Of a stretch of 64,000 nt of DNA, positions 49,001-58,790 are shown piece after piece. Source of the DNA: Setoptus koraiensis (lineage: Eukaryota; Animalia; Arthropoda). Where the stretch lies: contig CM106586.1 of assembly GCA_048013815.1 (NCBI GenBank), forward strand, positions 23,250,001 through 23,314,000, in the 5' to 3' direction. The notes under the pieces were generated by a model. It was not told the DNA's origin, made no database searches, and saw nothing but the letters and a program-made list of their open reading frames with translations. Positions within the stretch are counted from its first letter, which is position 1. Each line of letters begins with the position of its first letter. The translations under genes and the position numbers were made by a program.

Positions 49001-51856
49001 CAGTGGTTCCTGGATTCGCTCAACAACTTGACCATTCTCATAGCCATTCTCTGCTATTGTCGGTAGTTGGCGTAGAGGCTTAACCGGCGACGGAACCGAT
49101 GAAGGAACAACAACTATCGGCTGGGGTATTTGCGACTGTATCTGTGTACCCATTTGTTGTTGCTGTTGTTGTTGTATGGTTATATTGTCAACAGGATAAT
49201 TTTGCTGAATGTTTCGTTGATTCAGATTATTATTAAACTGGTTCTCTGTGATCTGCTTAATAGAGGGCAGTAGACCAGTCCTAGGCGCCAAGGGAGGACC
49301 CACCAATTTTCCAGGGGGTGCCTTTTGCTGGACCGTACCAGATTCTGATTGCGAAAGCTGATCATTCTGGCAGCTATAATCGTTACTGTCGCTGTCCATA
49401 ATAGTTTCTTGTTGATGGATATCATTTAACATGGCCTTATTATGTCTGTATCCAGCCTGATCAGAATGATGCTGATTATTCTTTGTGCTATCTAAATCAC
49501 TACTAACCTTTGAATGTTTGGACTGAATTTGTGTTGTTGTTGGTAATGAAGGAGCTAATCTATTGAAAGCGCTTGTGTTTGTGGTATTGGAAGATAATTG
49601 TTTTTGCTTTGTTACTTCATCTATATCACTATTACTGGTTGTATCATCATAGTTACTATTGGCCTCAGGTATAACAGGTAAAGCAGACATAAACTCTTCT
49701 TCAGCTTCTTCAGGTCTATAAAAATCATTAGTTGTACCATCATAACGTATTGGTTGATCCTGGTTATCAACTACAGCAGACAAATAATCTTCATCTTCTT
49801 CTTCGTCTTGTGCCTCATCATATTCATATGGTTCTTCGTCTTCATCAACCATCATGTCTTCTTCTAGATCATCTCCATGATCACTGTAATCTGCATCCGC
49901 ATTCTCTTCGAGTTCATCCTCTTCAGCCTGATCTTCGCCATCACCTCGAACCCCTTCCATGAATCCTCTATCTGAGTATGATTGATCATTATATTCTGAA
50001 TCATCAACAATATCCTTATTGTTCCGCTTAAGATTTCGACGAACTTGATTAGGGGTGGAATGGATAGAGGAGGATGGGGACAAATTACTTCGTTGTGATA
50101 TATACTTTGTCAGAGCACTAGTAAAATTCTCTATAGGCCTATCAATTGGTTTCACAATCCTGTTATGAGCTGGAATTTGGTGCTTGGCATTATGAATCTC
50201 TGAATTGTCCCTCATCGTATATTGGTAATTGTAGGATGGATTATGCTTCAGTGGTGTTTGTTTTGTTGTCGTAAACGAAGTCGAAACCTTATCTGCCGCA
50301 GGCCTTATTTTGGCCACTTGTAACTTTGGTCCATTTCTGGTGATGATCGGCAATTGTCTCAAGGGCCTGAAGGAGTGATCCGTCGATGATGATTCTGATG
50401 AAGACACAGATATCTTCCTAGGTGATATGTCTATGAAATTTTCTTTATAATTATCATCATGAAGTTCATCAACGAGAACTTGATTATGATGATGAATCCT
50501 AGATTGAGATTTGACATTGACATTGGTTGACATAGGCGGACGAGTGGTCTGTGAAAGCGCTTGGGCTACCTTACTCTTATTGTGCGTTTGACTGTATCCC
50601 CTGGATGAATGAATAGCAAAATTATTGGAGGTGCTCTGCTGATGAACACTCAACGGAAGAGTGGGCAATTGTCTCAAATATCTGCCATCAATTGTTTCAT
50701 TGTTTTGGTCGTCATCGTCATTCATCAAGCTAAGATTATCATCATTATCAACTAATTGATTTGAGAATTGATCAGTGACCACATGTTGCTGTAAATTGTT
50801 GGCCATAAAATAGTCGTTGCGATTAGCCTGATTATTTCTATCAGTGTTGACAATATTATTGTTGTTTGGATCACGATAATCAATACGATGAGAGGCTTGT
50901 TGACCGCTGATGTAACGCTGCGATGGTGCAACAATGGCTCTGTTGTTGTTGTTAACGACAACATTGTTATCAACATTACTCAAAGGCACTAAACCTGCGT
51001 TCAGTCTACCTAAAAGAAGACTGTCATCGAGATCAGATTGATTAATTGTTGTGGGTGCTTTATGAGCCGACGGAGGAACAGTATTTGTTTGAGTACTGTC
51101 TATATAATAAGATGACGTAGGATGATATTGCACAGGCGTCACATTAGAATAAAATCTCTTTGGCACTCTCCTATTGGCAGCGGGAGATGACATGTGAACT
51201 GTCTGAGATTGCTGGTCCAGGGGCTGTTGCCGATAATTGGCCTGCTGTTGTTGAAGGTGGTGACTTGGTGAGTAGAGCGCTTGCCTAACATTGAGAGGAG
51301 TCGCCCTGGGGCCCAATGGAGTGATTTGAGGTAACTGGCGAATGACAGTTGAAGTTGATGGACTGTTTGCAGACAGTTGCGGTATGCGGCCTTGAAATGG
51401 TAATTGGCGACTAGGCGATTCAAACGACGAACGATGATTGTTGTGCCTGTTATCGAGCAGGTTATTATCTGAGAGACGCTCTTGAGGTTGCTGCAACGGT
51501 GCCCGATGCTTGCCGGGCATCGGATAGCCTGCCGGCAAGTTATTTGCACACGTATTGGGTGACATAGTTTGATTAGATTGATGATAGGGGCCATAGTGAG
51601 CATCAAATGGAGAACGTGCAATCATGCGCCTGTTGGGTGATGGACCTGGTATGATCTGGCTGATCGGATAGGAGGAAGCCTCTTCCGGATATAAAATGAG
51701 GCGGCCATCTCTAGTGGAGGCCGTGATATCACTATTTATAATAAAGTTGTTGTTGTCATTATTGTTATTGTTGTTGATGCTAGTAAAATTGTTGTTGCTG
51801 GTGGTGCCGGTGTTGCTGTTGCCGATGATTCGTTTGTGCGTGTCCGGATAATCCAT
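6776..51856 (-). CDS. unc-13: unc-13/Munc13 synaptic vesicle priming factor, full gene model: alternative 5' exons 47594-51856 (A) or 16684-25458 (B) joined to core exons 10722-11822, 10519-10575, 10123-10223 (or -10229), 9508-9658, 9328-9396, 7216-9206 and 6776-7067
   Basis: Core exons have GT..AG boundaries with consistent phases (0,0,2,0,0,2) and translate to a continuous C1-C2B-MUN-C2C protein of about 1253 aa. Predicted isoform A is about 2674 aa and isoform B about 4178 aa. Confidence 0.93.
7216..9206 (-). CDS. unc-13: unc-13 exon encoding most of the MUN domain and the start of C2C
   Basis: Acceptor aaatag|AAC; [57 protein letters not shown]; donor TT|gtaagt at 7215. Confidence 0.96.
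9328..9396 (-). CDS. unc-13: unc-13 small exon [23 protein letters not shown] (23 aa)
   Basis: aacag| acceptor and |gtaagt donor, phase 0/0. Highly conserved Unc13 peptide. Not in the ORF track. Confidence 0.95.
9508..9658 (-). CDS. unc-13: unc-13 exon [31 protein letters not shown]...ASNFG
   Basis: aaacag| acceptor (phase 2) and GGC|gtaagt donor. Conserved Unc13 sequence. Confidence 0.95.
10123..10223 (-). CDS. unc-13: unc-13 exon [34 protein letters not shown]
   Basis: Conserved 'W..YF......[10 protein letters not shown]' motif; donor AC|gtaagt at 10122. Two in-frame acceptors give an exon start at 10229 or 10223. Confidence 0.9.
10519..10575 (-). CDS. unc-13: unc-13 57-nt micro-exon [19 protein letters not shown]
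   Basis: cacag| acceptor and |gtaagt donor, phase 0/0. Supplies the expected 'NLFH...VKLP' segment after YTCLHE. Confidence 0.88.
10722..11822 (-). CDS. unc-13: unc-13 first common exon: C1 (DAG/phorbol-binding) and C2B domains
   Basis: [64 protein letters not shown] (C1), and the C2B DxD motifs. The frame stays open upstream of the track's ATG to a TAG at 11825-11823 that doubles as a phase-0 acceptor (alternative in-frame AAG acceptor gives a start at 11786). Donor GAG|gtaagt at 10721. Confidence 0.96.
14657..14698. repeat. Perfect 42-bp spacer-less palindrome AGTTGCGTAACATGGTGACTCGAGTCACCATGTTACGCAACT
   Basis: The sequence equals its own reverse complement, centred on CTCGAG. Confidence 0.97.
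16405..16524. repeat. Degenerate 11-bp minisatellite (consensus about GACCGACAGTG, roughly 10 copies)
   Basis: Tandem ccgacagt/ccgatagt/ccaacagt units just downstream of the exon B donor. Confidence 0.8.
16684..25458 (-). CDS. unc-13: unc-13 giant alternative N-terminal exon B (about 2925 aa, Q/N/S/D-rich, disordered with short coiled coils)
   Basis: An 8.9-kb stop-free ORF inside the unc-13 span on the same strand. Candidate donor GCG|gtcagt at 16683 is phase 0 and matches the core acceptor. Analogous to the large isoform-specific exons of Drosophila unc-13. The exact donor and start are inferred. Confidence 0.8.
26483..26591. promoter_or_regulatory. Five copies of CTTGTTTATTT (forkhead-type ATAAACA core) about 1 kb upstream of the exon B ATG
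   Basis: Copies at 26483, 26502, 26540, 26559 and 26581. The repeats are seen directly; a regulatory role is inference. Confidence 0.45.
30597..30645. repeat. 11-bp tandem repeat (GGCCCCGAACT-like, about 4 copies)
   Basis: ggccccgaacc ggccccgaact ggcctcgaact ggcttcgaact. Confidence 0.8.
32112..32213. repeat. 17-bp minisatellite AGCAACAACAACATGGT x6
   Basis: Six exact-period copies; the first and last carry the variant ...ATAGT. Confidence 0.95.
34127..34211. repeat. 26-bp minisatellite CAACGAGGCGCCCATAGACACCTAAG x3.3
   Basis: Units start at 34127, 34153, 34179 and 34205 (partial), with a few substitutions. Confidence 0.9.
36938..37005. repeat. 21-bp GC-rich tandem repeat GCCCGCTGCCCGGCTGGCAGG x3
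   Basis: Units at 36938, 36959 and 36980. Confidence 0.9.
44281..44288 (+). promoter_or_regulatory. Candidate TATA box (TATAAATA) for the nested peptide ORF
   Basis: Consensus TATA about 175 bp upstream of the ATG at 44458. The surrounding DNA is AT-rich, so chance occurrence is possible. Confidence 0.3.
44458..44616 (+). CDS. Putative 52-aa secreted peptide precursor nested antisense in an unc-13 intron: [52 protein letters not shown]
   Basis: Hand translation, below the ORF-track length cut-off. ATG in aatcATG context, MK plus hydrophobic core plus V-D-A signal cleavage pattern, an RxxR site, and a C-terminal G-RRR amidation signal directly before TAA. Confidence 0.5.
   Translation: MKLSMAIVMVMAYSLVVWFTNGVDAGFFETWYRSRRPRGGGYIETASMGRRR
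47594..51856 (-). CDS. unc-13: unc-13 giant alternative N-terminal exon A (about 1421 aa) ending in the calmodulin-binding motif
   Basis: A 4.3-kb ORF ending [19 protein letters not shown], which matches the Munc13-1 CaM site (RAKANWLRAFNKVRMQL). It is followed immediately by a consensus donor AAT|gtaagt at 47593, phase 0 like the core acceptor. Confidence 0.88.
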
Positions 51857-54145
51857 TAGACAAGACTCGACGAGAGTGTGACAGCAACAATTATAGTTAC
51901 AATATTATTATTGCTGTAATTACAATGTGTGCCCTGTTGTGCTTGATGCCCGGCTGGCAGCTTAATTAATGATGCAATTAACGAGCCTGAGATTGTTGAT
52001 GAATTTATATTTCGTCGACGATACATGTAACAATAATAAAAGAATCCTCTCCGTTTCAACTGATAACAGCACCATTTTTGTGGTGAACGAATAATGGGCG
52101 CAATTATCAGCAATTAGCTAATTATTATCATTATACAATAATAGCAGTTAGCTAATAATTTTTTGTTTGTTTGTTTGTTTGCTGCGTTGCTAGTGGTGCG
52201 CTGAATATTATCGCAATTAATATCGGTGCCAATATTCACAAATAGCATAATTGTTCGCTGATAAATAATAATACATTGTTTTATCGAATATAATTTCTAG
52301 CAGCGCATTCCAGTCTCCATTTGCAGACGCGTTACTCGAGCCTTTGCTGGGAGGCAAGGGGTAGGGGATGGGGGACGAGCATACAGTTTGCCTATATTGG
52401 AAGACGCAGCCGATTAGAATATTTCTCTATACAACAACAACAGTAACAACAACATTAACAACAACAATAATGTACTTGTGATAGCGTTTCAGTGTCACTC
52501 ATCTATTTAGTTCGATATCGTCTGCAACTCGTGATTGGTGAAACTCATCACAATCATCATCGGCTTCCAACTCTCACTCTCCCTGTGTGTGTGTGTGTGT
52601 GTGTGAATGTGTGTGAGTGTGTGCTGCGAGAGTTGCTACAGTGAGCTGGTGATGAGAATGAGCGCGCGGTTTAGTTCCACAAAATAGAATTAATTCGCCG
52701 ACACTGGTTAGTCGTCTTGTGAGAATGTGTCTATATCATGCACAATCTGCACTATCTGCCCGTCGTCTGTTCCTCTGTCCGTTGCTCTGTGTACGCGCTA
52801 TTCGGTGCCGCAATCATGGAATAACGGAAAATCGTTCGAGCCGAATAATTCGCCGATTAAAGTTGCAATAATTCCTCGTTTGTTTTTTGTTGATAAATCT
52901 TTGTTATCGTCGAAATATTATTGCCACAAATAATTGGTTAGCGCACATTGACCGATAATAATCCGATCCTGTTTACGAGCGCTCTATAATCATTGAGTTA
53001 GTCGGTGCGATACTATATTGTGCGATAATAACAATAATTGTAACAATTTTTTACCCTTTGATCTGATAACCTGAGTTGCTTGAGGTCGCTGGCCCTCCAG
53101 TGCGGCTGATAATTTCAATTGATATTTAACTGGCGCCTATCATTGCGCTGCATTTATCCCGTTGTCAAGCTCTGTCTATATCCTGTGATAATCCTTCGTA
53201 TTTTTATAGCCGTAATAGGTTTAATAGTCAAATAGATGTTGCTGTTCCTCCGCTACAAAGAGGGGAATATATAAATAAATATATATGTGTATATATATGT
53301 ATGTATGTATGTATGTATACACTATTACATCTGACTCTTGCACACTCTCACATCCACACATTAGCAAGTTTTGAGTTACCGTAATAGTTATAGTGGTCGG
53401 ATACAATTTGAACTGGGGCGCCGATTAATACTGATAATAATAATAATAATATCTTCTGCAAGAGATTGTGTGTGTGTGTGTGTGTGTGTTAATATAAAAT
53501 GATGATGATATATATATATATGTATTTGTGCGTGTCTATGATGTAAACGTGTGTGCATCCCTTTGTACATTCTCATTCATGAGAGAGGGAGAGAGAGAGG
53601 CAGAGAGAGGAGAGAGAGAGAGAGAAACGTTACGACCACCGACGCGATTGAACTAAATGGAATAACTAGCGCCCTAGCCTCCATTCTATTCAGATTTGAA
53701 CTGAACCGTTGTGTTCATTCCTTTTATTATTATCATTATTGTTGTTGTTGGTGGTGGTCGTCGTGGGTCGGCTGGCTGGTTGCCTGAATGTGTTTAGCCG
53801 TCGTTGTTGATGTGTATAGTAGATTTTAGAAAATATATATATATACAGCACACAAAGAGGGAATTGCCTGTGACTAGTCTGACAGTATAGGTAGTGGCGG
53901 CGGCAGCGGCGGCGCTGCTGCTCCCAAGTGATGATTCTCTCCGATGGAACGGTGTAGGCTTGCGCAAGATCCGAAAGCGATTCCGTCGGCCAAAAGGATT
54001 CCATAAGCACTCGAATGGCAATACGGTGCACCATTGACTAGACTAGACTATTCTCTGTTATACATAACAAACTCTTCGGGATGCACAATATGTGTGCTGT
54101 ACACATACTATTCACCAGTGTCTGTTAGTATAGTCAGAGAGAACA

Positions 54146-54154
54146 ACTCACCTG
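54146..54154 (-). other. Candidate splice donor (CAG|GTGAGT) of a non-coding unc-13 5' exon
   Basis: Perfect consensus donor on the unc-13 strand between the MOCS3 stop and exon A. No transcript evidence. Confidence 0.3.
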
Positions 54155-54559
54155 ACAACAAATGACAATCGACCTCACTAAAGCCTGATGGGTACGCGCA
54201 ATATGCCGCTCACAATGGTACAGTACAGTGGTATCGAACGCCCTAGATTAGAGCGCGCTCAATTCATGCAGTCAGATTGAACTGTTTATACTGGCAGTGA
54301 ATAGCACCAAATACTAAAACGATCTGCTAGTAAAATATCAGCATTAAATGTAACATACAACATATTGTACAACGCTATGTGTACCACACTAGATAGAACA
54401 AACAAAAGTTCAACAAACACAACATAGGGGGCCCCTGTATGTCGCCCCATCAATGGCTAGTTGATGATCGCAGTGTGCAGATCTAATACACATAATTTAT
54501 TTTGCTACCTCTCACTAATTGAATTAATTTGATTCAATATTATATTAATGTAGAGTTTA

Positions 54560-55870
54560 TTACAGAACTGGTACACTGGGATCAATTGTGTTGCACCAAG
54601 CCGTCATGCCTCCCTTAACATCTTTTATCATCAACGATTTCTCATTCCCCTCGAGGACACCTTGCAAGATTCGCACCGCACTCTGAGAGGCAATACCGCG
54701 ACGACACATAACAACTATCTCATTGGCTCCTTTCTCAGCTAATGCATCCACTAGTATCTTTATACTCGCAGGCTTGTCTAATTGGGCCAATGGAATGGCT
54801 ATCGCGTGGCTTAGCTTTGAAACGCTAGTATGCAGCTCCGGTCTAACATCTATCAATACATGGGGCCTCTTGTTCGGTTCTTTGAGCATTTCGTTGTATT
54901 CCTCAACGGAAAGCCTCTCTTCAGGTCCAAGTATTTGCACTTCTTTCTGGCACATATTTACACCGCAAAACTTCTCATAGTCGATAAGATCTCGGCCAAT
55001 CTTATCGGTTGGATTTGACAGATTGTTCTGTTCTCCGCAAGCTACACAATCCTTGCGCCTTTTATTGAGTTGTATGTTTCTGAATGTTCCTTCTAACCCG
55101 TCGAACAATAACATTCTGCCGGCATATGCCGGCTTGAGGCCAGCTGCAATCTTAATAGTTTCTAATGCTTGCAGCGAACCTATAATACCGGGAATAACAC
55201 CGACCACTCCGGTATCGCTACAATTTCTTATAGTGCCGGCTGGGGGAGGCAAAGGAAACAAACACCGGAAGCATGGTGTATCTTCGGCGTAGTTGTATAC
55301 AGTTAGCTGACCCTCAAATCTCAGAGCTGCACCTGAAACGAGAGGTTTGTTAGCAACAACACATGCGTCGTTGATTAGGTATCTCGCAATTAGATTATCT
55401 GTGGCGTCTACAACAATATCATAGTTTTCAATTATATTGACTGCATTGTGACGGTCGATTTTGACGTTATGCTTTTCATATTCAACCTCGGGATTCAATT
55501 CTGACAATGATTGTTGGGCCGAGTCTGTTTTGAATTTGCCAACTGTGGACACCTTGTGCAATGTCTGTCTGTGTAAATTGGACATTTCGACGATATCATT
55601 ATCAATCAAGCCGATCCTTCCAATTCCAGCGGCGGCCAAATAGATGCTCGACGGACAGCCTAGTCCACCACAACCAACAATTAGGACTGATGTCTTTTTT
55701 ATCCTTAGTTGACCTTCTGCTCCAATTTCTGGCATCATAATCTGTCTGGAATACCGTGACACTTCATCCTTGCTGAAAGGCGACACGAATTGAGATGACA
55801 TTCTGTAGCTATTTCCTAGTTTGTTCCTAGTCGACTTAAAGATAATTATTGATCTGTGGATTAATCCCAT
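54560..55870 (-). CDS. MOCS3: Adenylyltransferase and sulfurtransferase MOCS3/UBA4, intronless (start may be the second ATG at 55801)
   Basis: RYSRQI, VLIVGCGGLG, SNLHRQ, DATDN, PCFRC and C..C zinc motifs of the MoeB/E1-like domain, plus a C-terminal rhodanese domain (VMCRRG...DVKGGMTAW...DP). Confidence 0.95.
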   Translation of the reverse strand: MGLIHRSIIIFKSTRNKLGNSYRMSSQFVSPFSKDEVSRYSRQIMMPEIGAEGQLRIKKTSVLIVGCGGLGCPSSIYLAAAGIGRIGLIDNDIVEMSNLHRQTLHKVSTVGKFKTDSAQQSLSELNPEVEYEKHNVKIDRHNAVNIIENYDIVVDATDNLIARYLINDACVVANKPLVSGAALRFEGQLTVYNYAEDTPCFRCLFPLPPPAGTIRNCSDTGVVGVIPGIIGSLQALETIKIAAGLKPAYAGRMLLFDGLEGTFRNIQLNKRRKDCVACGEQNNLSNPTDKIGRDLIDYEKFCGVNMCQKEVQILGPEERLSVEEYNEMLKEPNKRPHVLIDVRPELHTSVSKLSHAIAIPLAQLDKPASIKILVDALAEKGANEIVVMCRRGIASQSAVRILQGVLEGNEKSLMIKDVKGGMTAWCNTIDPSVPVL

Positions 55871-56198
55871 TAAATGGAGGATCTTTTGGATCTTAGATGA
55901 GTTTACGGTACTAGCTATAATTTTTTGTTACAATGATAATAAAATAACAGGAGTATACGATGACAAAACAGCGATAGCGGGAGAAAGCGAGTTCGAAAGA
56001 AATGGCACGCTCTGTTTATACACATGACGGATCATATGGCTGAAAAAACGTGCACATCGTGAACACGGTGAAAACAGGCCAGAGATACAACTGGATGCAA
56101 CTTTTGCGTGGTATATGGCAACGAATCAATTTTCGGTGGGACAATTTTCAAGTTATACTTTCGACAGTATATTATAATATATTTTGTTTATTAACAGT

Positions 56199-57185
56199 TC
56201 AATGAGAAACTTCAAATTGAGACACTAACCATCGTCGTGCCATGTAGATCTCGTCGATCATATCTTTAGCCAGGGCGCTTTGTTGATATTTTTCGAAAGC
56301 CAGATGATTGCAATAACGAGTCACTAGAGATGCGAAATAACCACTATAAACAGCAACATGCCCTTTATCATAATTCTTTGTGGAACTCTTCAACCAATAG
56401 TAGAATGTTGCCGTCATACCGGATAGAAGATCACCTTGTCCCCCACACCTTCGATCGCTGCCCAAATCTAACGGGGTTTCCATGTAAAAACCATTCGGTT
56501 CTGCTATCATATCAATTGGACCTTTCGACATAATAGTGACACGTAAGTCTCTGGAGCATCTCAGCACCGCCTGTTTAATTTCATCACTTGACATAAGTTT
56601 GATCTTGTAATCATTGGTCTGGTAAACCGAATTGAGAAGTCGCTCCAGCTCAATTCTATTCGGTGTCAATATAGCCTGTTCATAGTTTCTAACTAAATCT
56701 AAATCCTGATTGACCAACAAAAGACCATCAGCATCTATAACCAGAGGTAGGTTTTTCTTTCTGGCTTGAATTAGAATCTTCTTTGCAGCCGTTTGTAGTT
56801 GTTTGTCGCGACCAAGACCCGGCCCAATAACCAAAGCATGTATTCGTGTTAATAAACAATCCATTTCAGATTCGAGTTCATTGGAATCTAACAGGGGCAT
56901 CACTATAAGTTCCGGGCTGTAGCATTTGATTATTTGGCTGGCAGCCGATGAACAAATAACGTAACCAAGATCACATCCTAGCTTCATGGCAGATATGGCT
57001 GCAAAATAAGGAGCACCGGTGTAATCTCTGCTGCCACCAACAACGGCTATTCGTCCTCTCTGGCCTTTGTAGTTATGCTCAAGATTTTTGGTGCGGGATG
57101 AACTAAAGGCCCACGGTAAGGCAGATTCCAAGATATCTCTCGCACCGGTGGTAGCGTTGATCTTTGGGGTAATTTTTCTCAACAT
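56199..57185 (-). CDS. NAXD: ATP-dependent (S)-NAD(P)H-hydrate dehydratase, intronless, 328 aa
   Basis: KGQRGRIAVVGGSRDYTGAPYFAA, IGPGLGR, VIDADGL, LTPN..E and RRCGGQGDLLSG motifs of the YjeF-C/CARKD family. Confidence 0.95.
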   Translation of the reverse strand: MLRKITPKINATTGARDILESALPWAFSSSRTKNLEHNYKGQRGRIAVVGGSRDYTGAPYFAAISAMKLGCDLGYVICSSAASQIIKCYSPELIVMPLLDSNELESEMDCLLTRIHALVIGPGLGRDKQLQTAAKKILIQARKKNLPLVIDADGLLLVNQDLDLVRNYEQAILTPNRIELERLLNSVYQTNDYKIKLMSSDEIKQAVLRCSRDLRVTIMSKGPIDMIAEPNGFYMETPLDLGSDRRCGGQGDLLSGMTATFYYWLKSSTKNYDKGHVAVYSGYFASLVTRYCNHLAFEKYQQSALAKDMIDEIYMARRWLVSQFEVSH

Positions 57186-57462
57186 ATCGTACTTTTAAAT
57201 GGTCTCGAAATTCTCTAACGATCTACAAGAATTATCTTGTGCATTCCCGTCTTCATTCGACGGTTGTTTGAACATTTATGATGATTATCATATGAACCTC
57301 ACAGCATCTTTTTACAAGAATGTCAGTTCAAATTTTGCGCAAACATTCAGAGAAAAGCAGACTCACCTCTTGTCAAACAGTCCTGTCATTCGGGTACCAG
57401 AGTTTGGAATTCATAAATAAGATCTGGACCAACTTCGTTATCATTTTGGTATTTCTCAGAGC

Positions 57463-58780
57463 ATGGTCAAATATATAGTAGCTGCAACAATTGTTCAGTG
57501 TGTTATAATTTCTGAGCTAATAACGTCGCTCACTATTGACCCAAATGGATACATAGTTTATTGTCCGTGTATGGGAAGGTTTGGAAATCAGGCAGAGCAA
57601 CTATTGGGTTCGCTTCTGTTTGCACGATCCATGAATCGGACCCTCGTATTACCTCCATTTGTTCACTATGACCAACACAAGGTGAGGCTCAGACTATCAT
57701 TTTCTATGCATTATTATTATTCCTTTGTCCTGATGACTGAGACTGATATAACCTTTTTCCTTTGAACAGCCTCGCTTGATGAGATTTGATGACATTCTGC
57801 AAGTTGATCCAATAAGAGAGTACCACCGTGTGATAACCATGGAAACATTTGTTGAAAAGTTGAAGGATAACATATGGCCTGACGGACAACGGACTTTTTT
57901 CTGCCACTCACCCAGGACTATTGGCAAGTCCTCATCATGTGATGCTCTCAAAGGAGAGCCATTCAATACGTTCTGGACCAGTTTTGGTATTATTGAAGAT
58001 AACGCCAATTTTTATTCTCCACTCACAATAGCTCCTTATCTTTCCGAGAGTTGGCAGGCAAAGTATCCAAGTGATAAATGGCCAGTGATTGCTTTCGTGG
58101 GAGCCCCATCTCCATTCCCTACTCATCGAGAATCTATACATATACAGAAATTTGTAAGATTCTCTTCTAAAGTCTCCGAACAAGCTAGAAAATTTCAGCA
58201 ACAAAGACAATTTTTCAATCAACCATATATCGCTGTACATTTGCGCCATGGTAGTGATTGGAAAAAAGCTTGCGATCTACTCAAGGTCGGAGGCGGTATG
58301 ACACAATTATTTTCATCTACTCAATGCACTGGATACGAGAACCATGTCACTTCCTTGGATTATAACATTTGTCTGCCTACACCGGAGGAAATTGTACAAT
58401 CATTGAAAAATATTCTGTCAGACAAGCAAACTTCTTATAAAATATCTACAGTATATGTCGCCACTGACAAGGATGATCTCAACCTGTGGGACTACGTTAT
58501 AAAAAATATACCTTACATAAGCCTTATAACGCCTAGTGCCCGGTATACACCTAATGATGGGTGGACAAATTATGGCCAACTTTCAGAGAAACCCACACAC
58601 ATTCTTGATGCCTTCTTGTTAAGTCAGGCCCACCAATTTATTGGAAATTGTGTGTCCTCCTTTAGCGCCTTCGCAGCTCGGATACGTGTCGAACAAAGGA
58701 ATCTGACACAAAGCACTCACTACTTCAACTGGAAATTCCCGCAAGCTAATCAAGGAAAAGTATTGTTCGACGAGTTATAA
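57463..58780 (+). CDS. POFUT1: GDP-fucose protein O-fucosyltransferase 1; exons 57463-57681 and 57770-58780, 88-bp intron
   Basis: Signal peptide, DPNGYIVYCPCMGRFGNQA, HLRHGSDW, FIGNCVSSFSAF, and a C-terminal FDEL ER-retention-like signal. AAG|gtgagg...aacag|CCT joins the two track ORFs in phase 0. Confidence 0.95.
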
Positions 58781-58790
58781 TAAATTTATT
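58779..58790. terminator. Palindromic bidirectional poly(A) signal AATAAATTTATT
   Basis: AATAAA on + at 58779-58784 overlaps the POFUT1 TAA. AATAAA on - at 58790-58785 overlaps the TAA of the convergent gene. Confidence 0.65.

Noticed and set aside
42398-53630. (TG)n, (TA)n and (GA)n microsatellites (for example about 42398-42424, 52585-52605, 53466-53488, 53580-53625)
   Set aside because: These are ordinary simple repeats with no evidence of special function.
51857-54559. An N-terminal C2A exon of unc-13 (for example 'ITWEQ' at about 53930)
   Set aside because: The surrounding residues do not match the C2A pattern (STT.AVRG..P.WEQ.F.FE). No C2A was recognised by eye, although a very divergent exon cannot be excluded.
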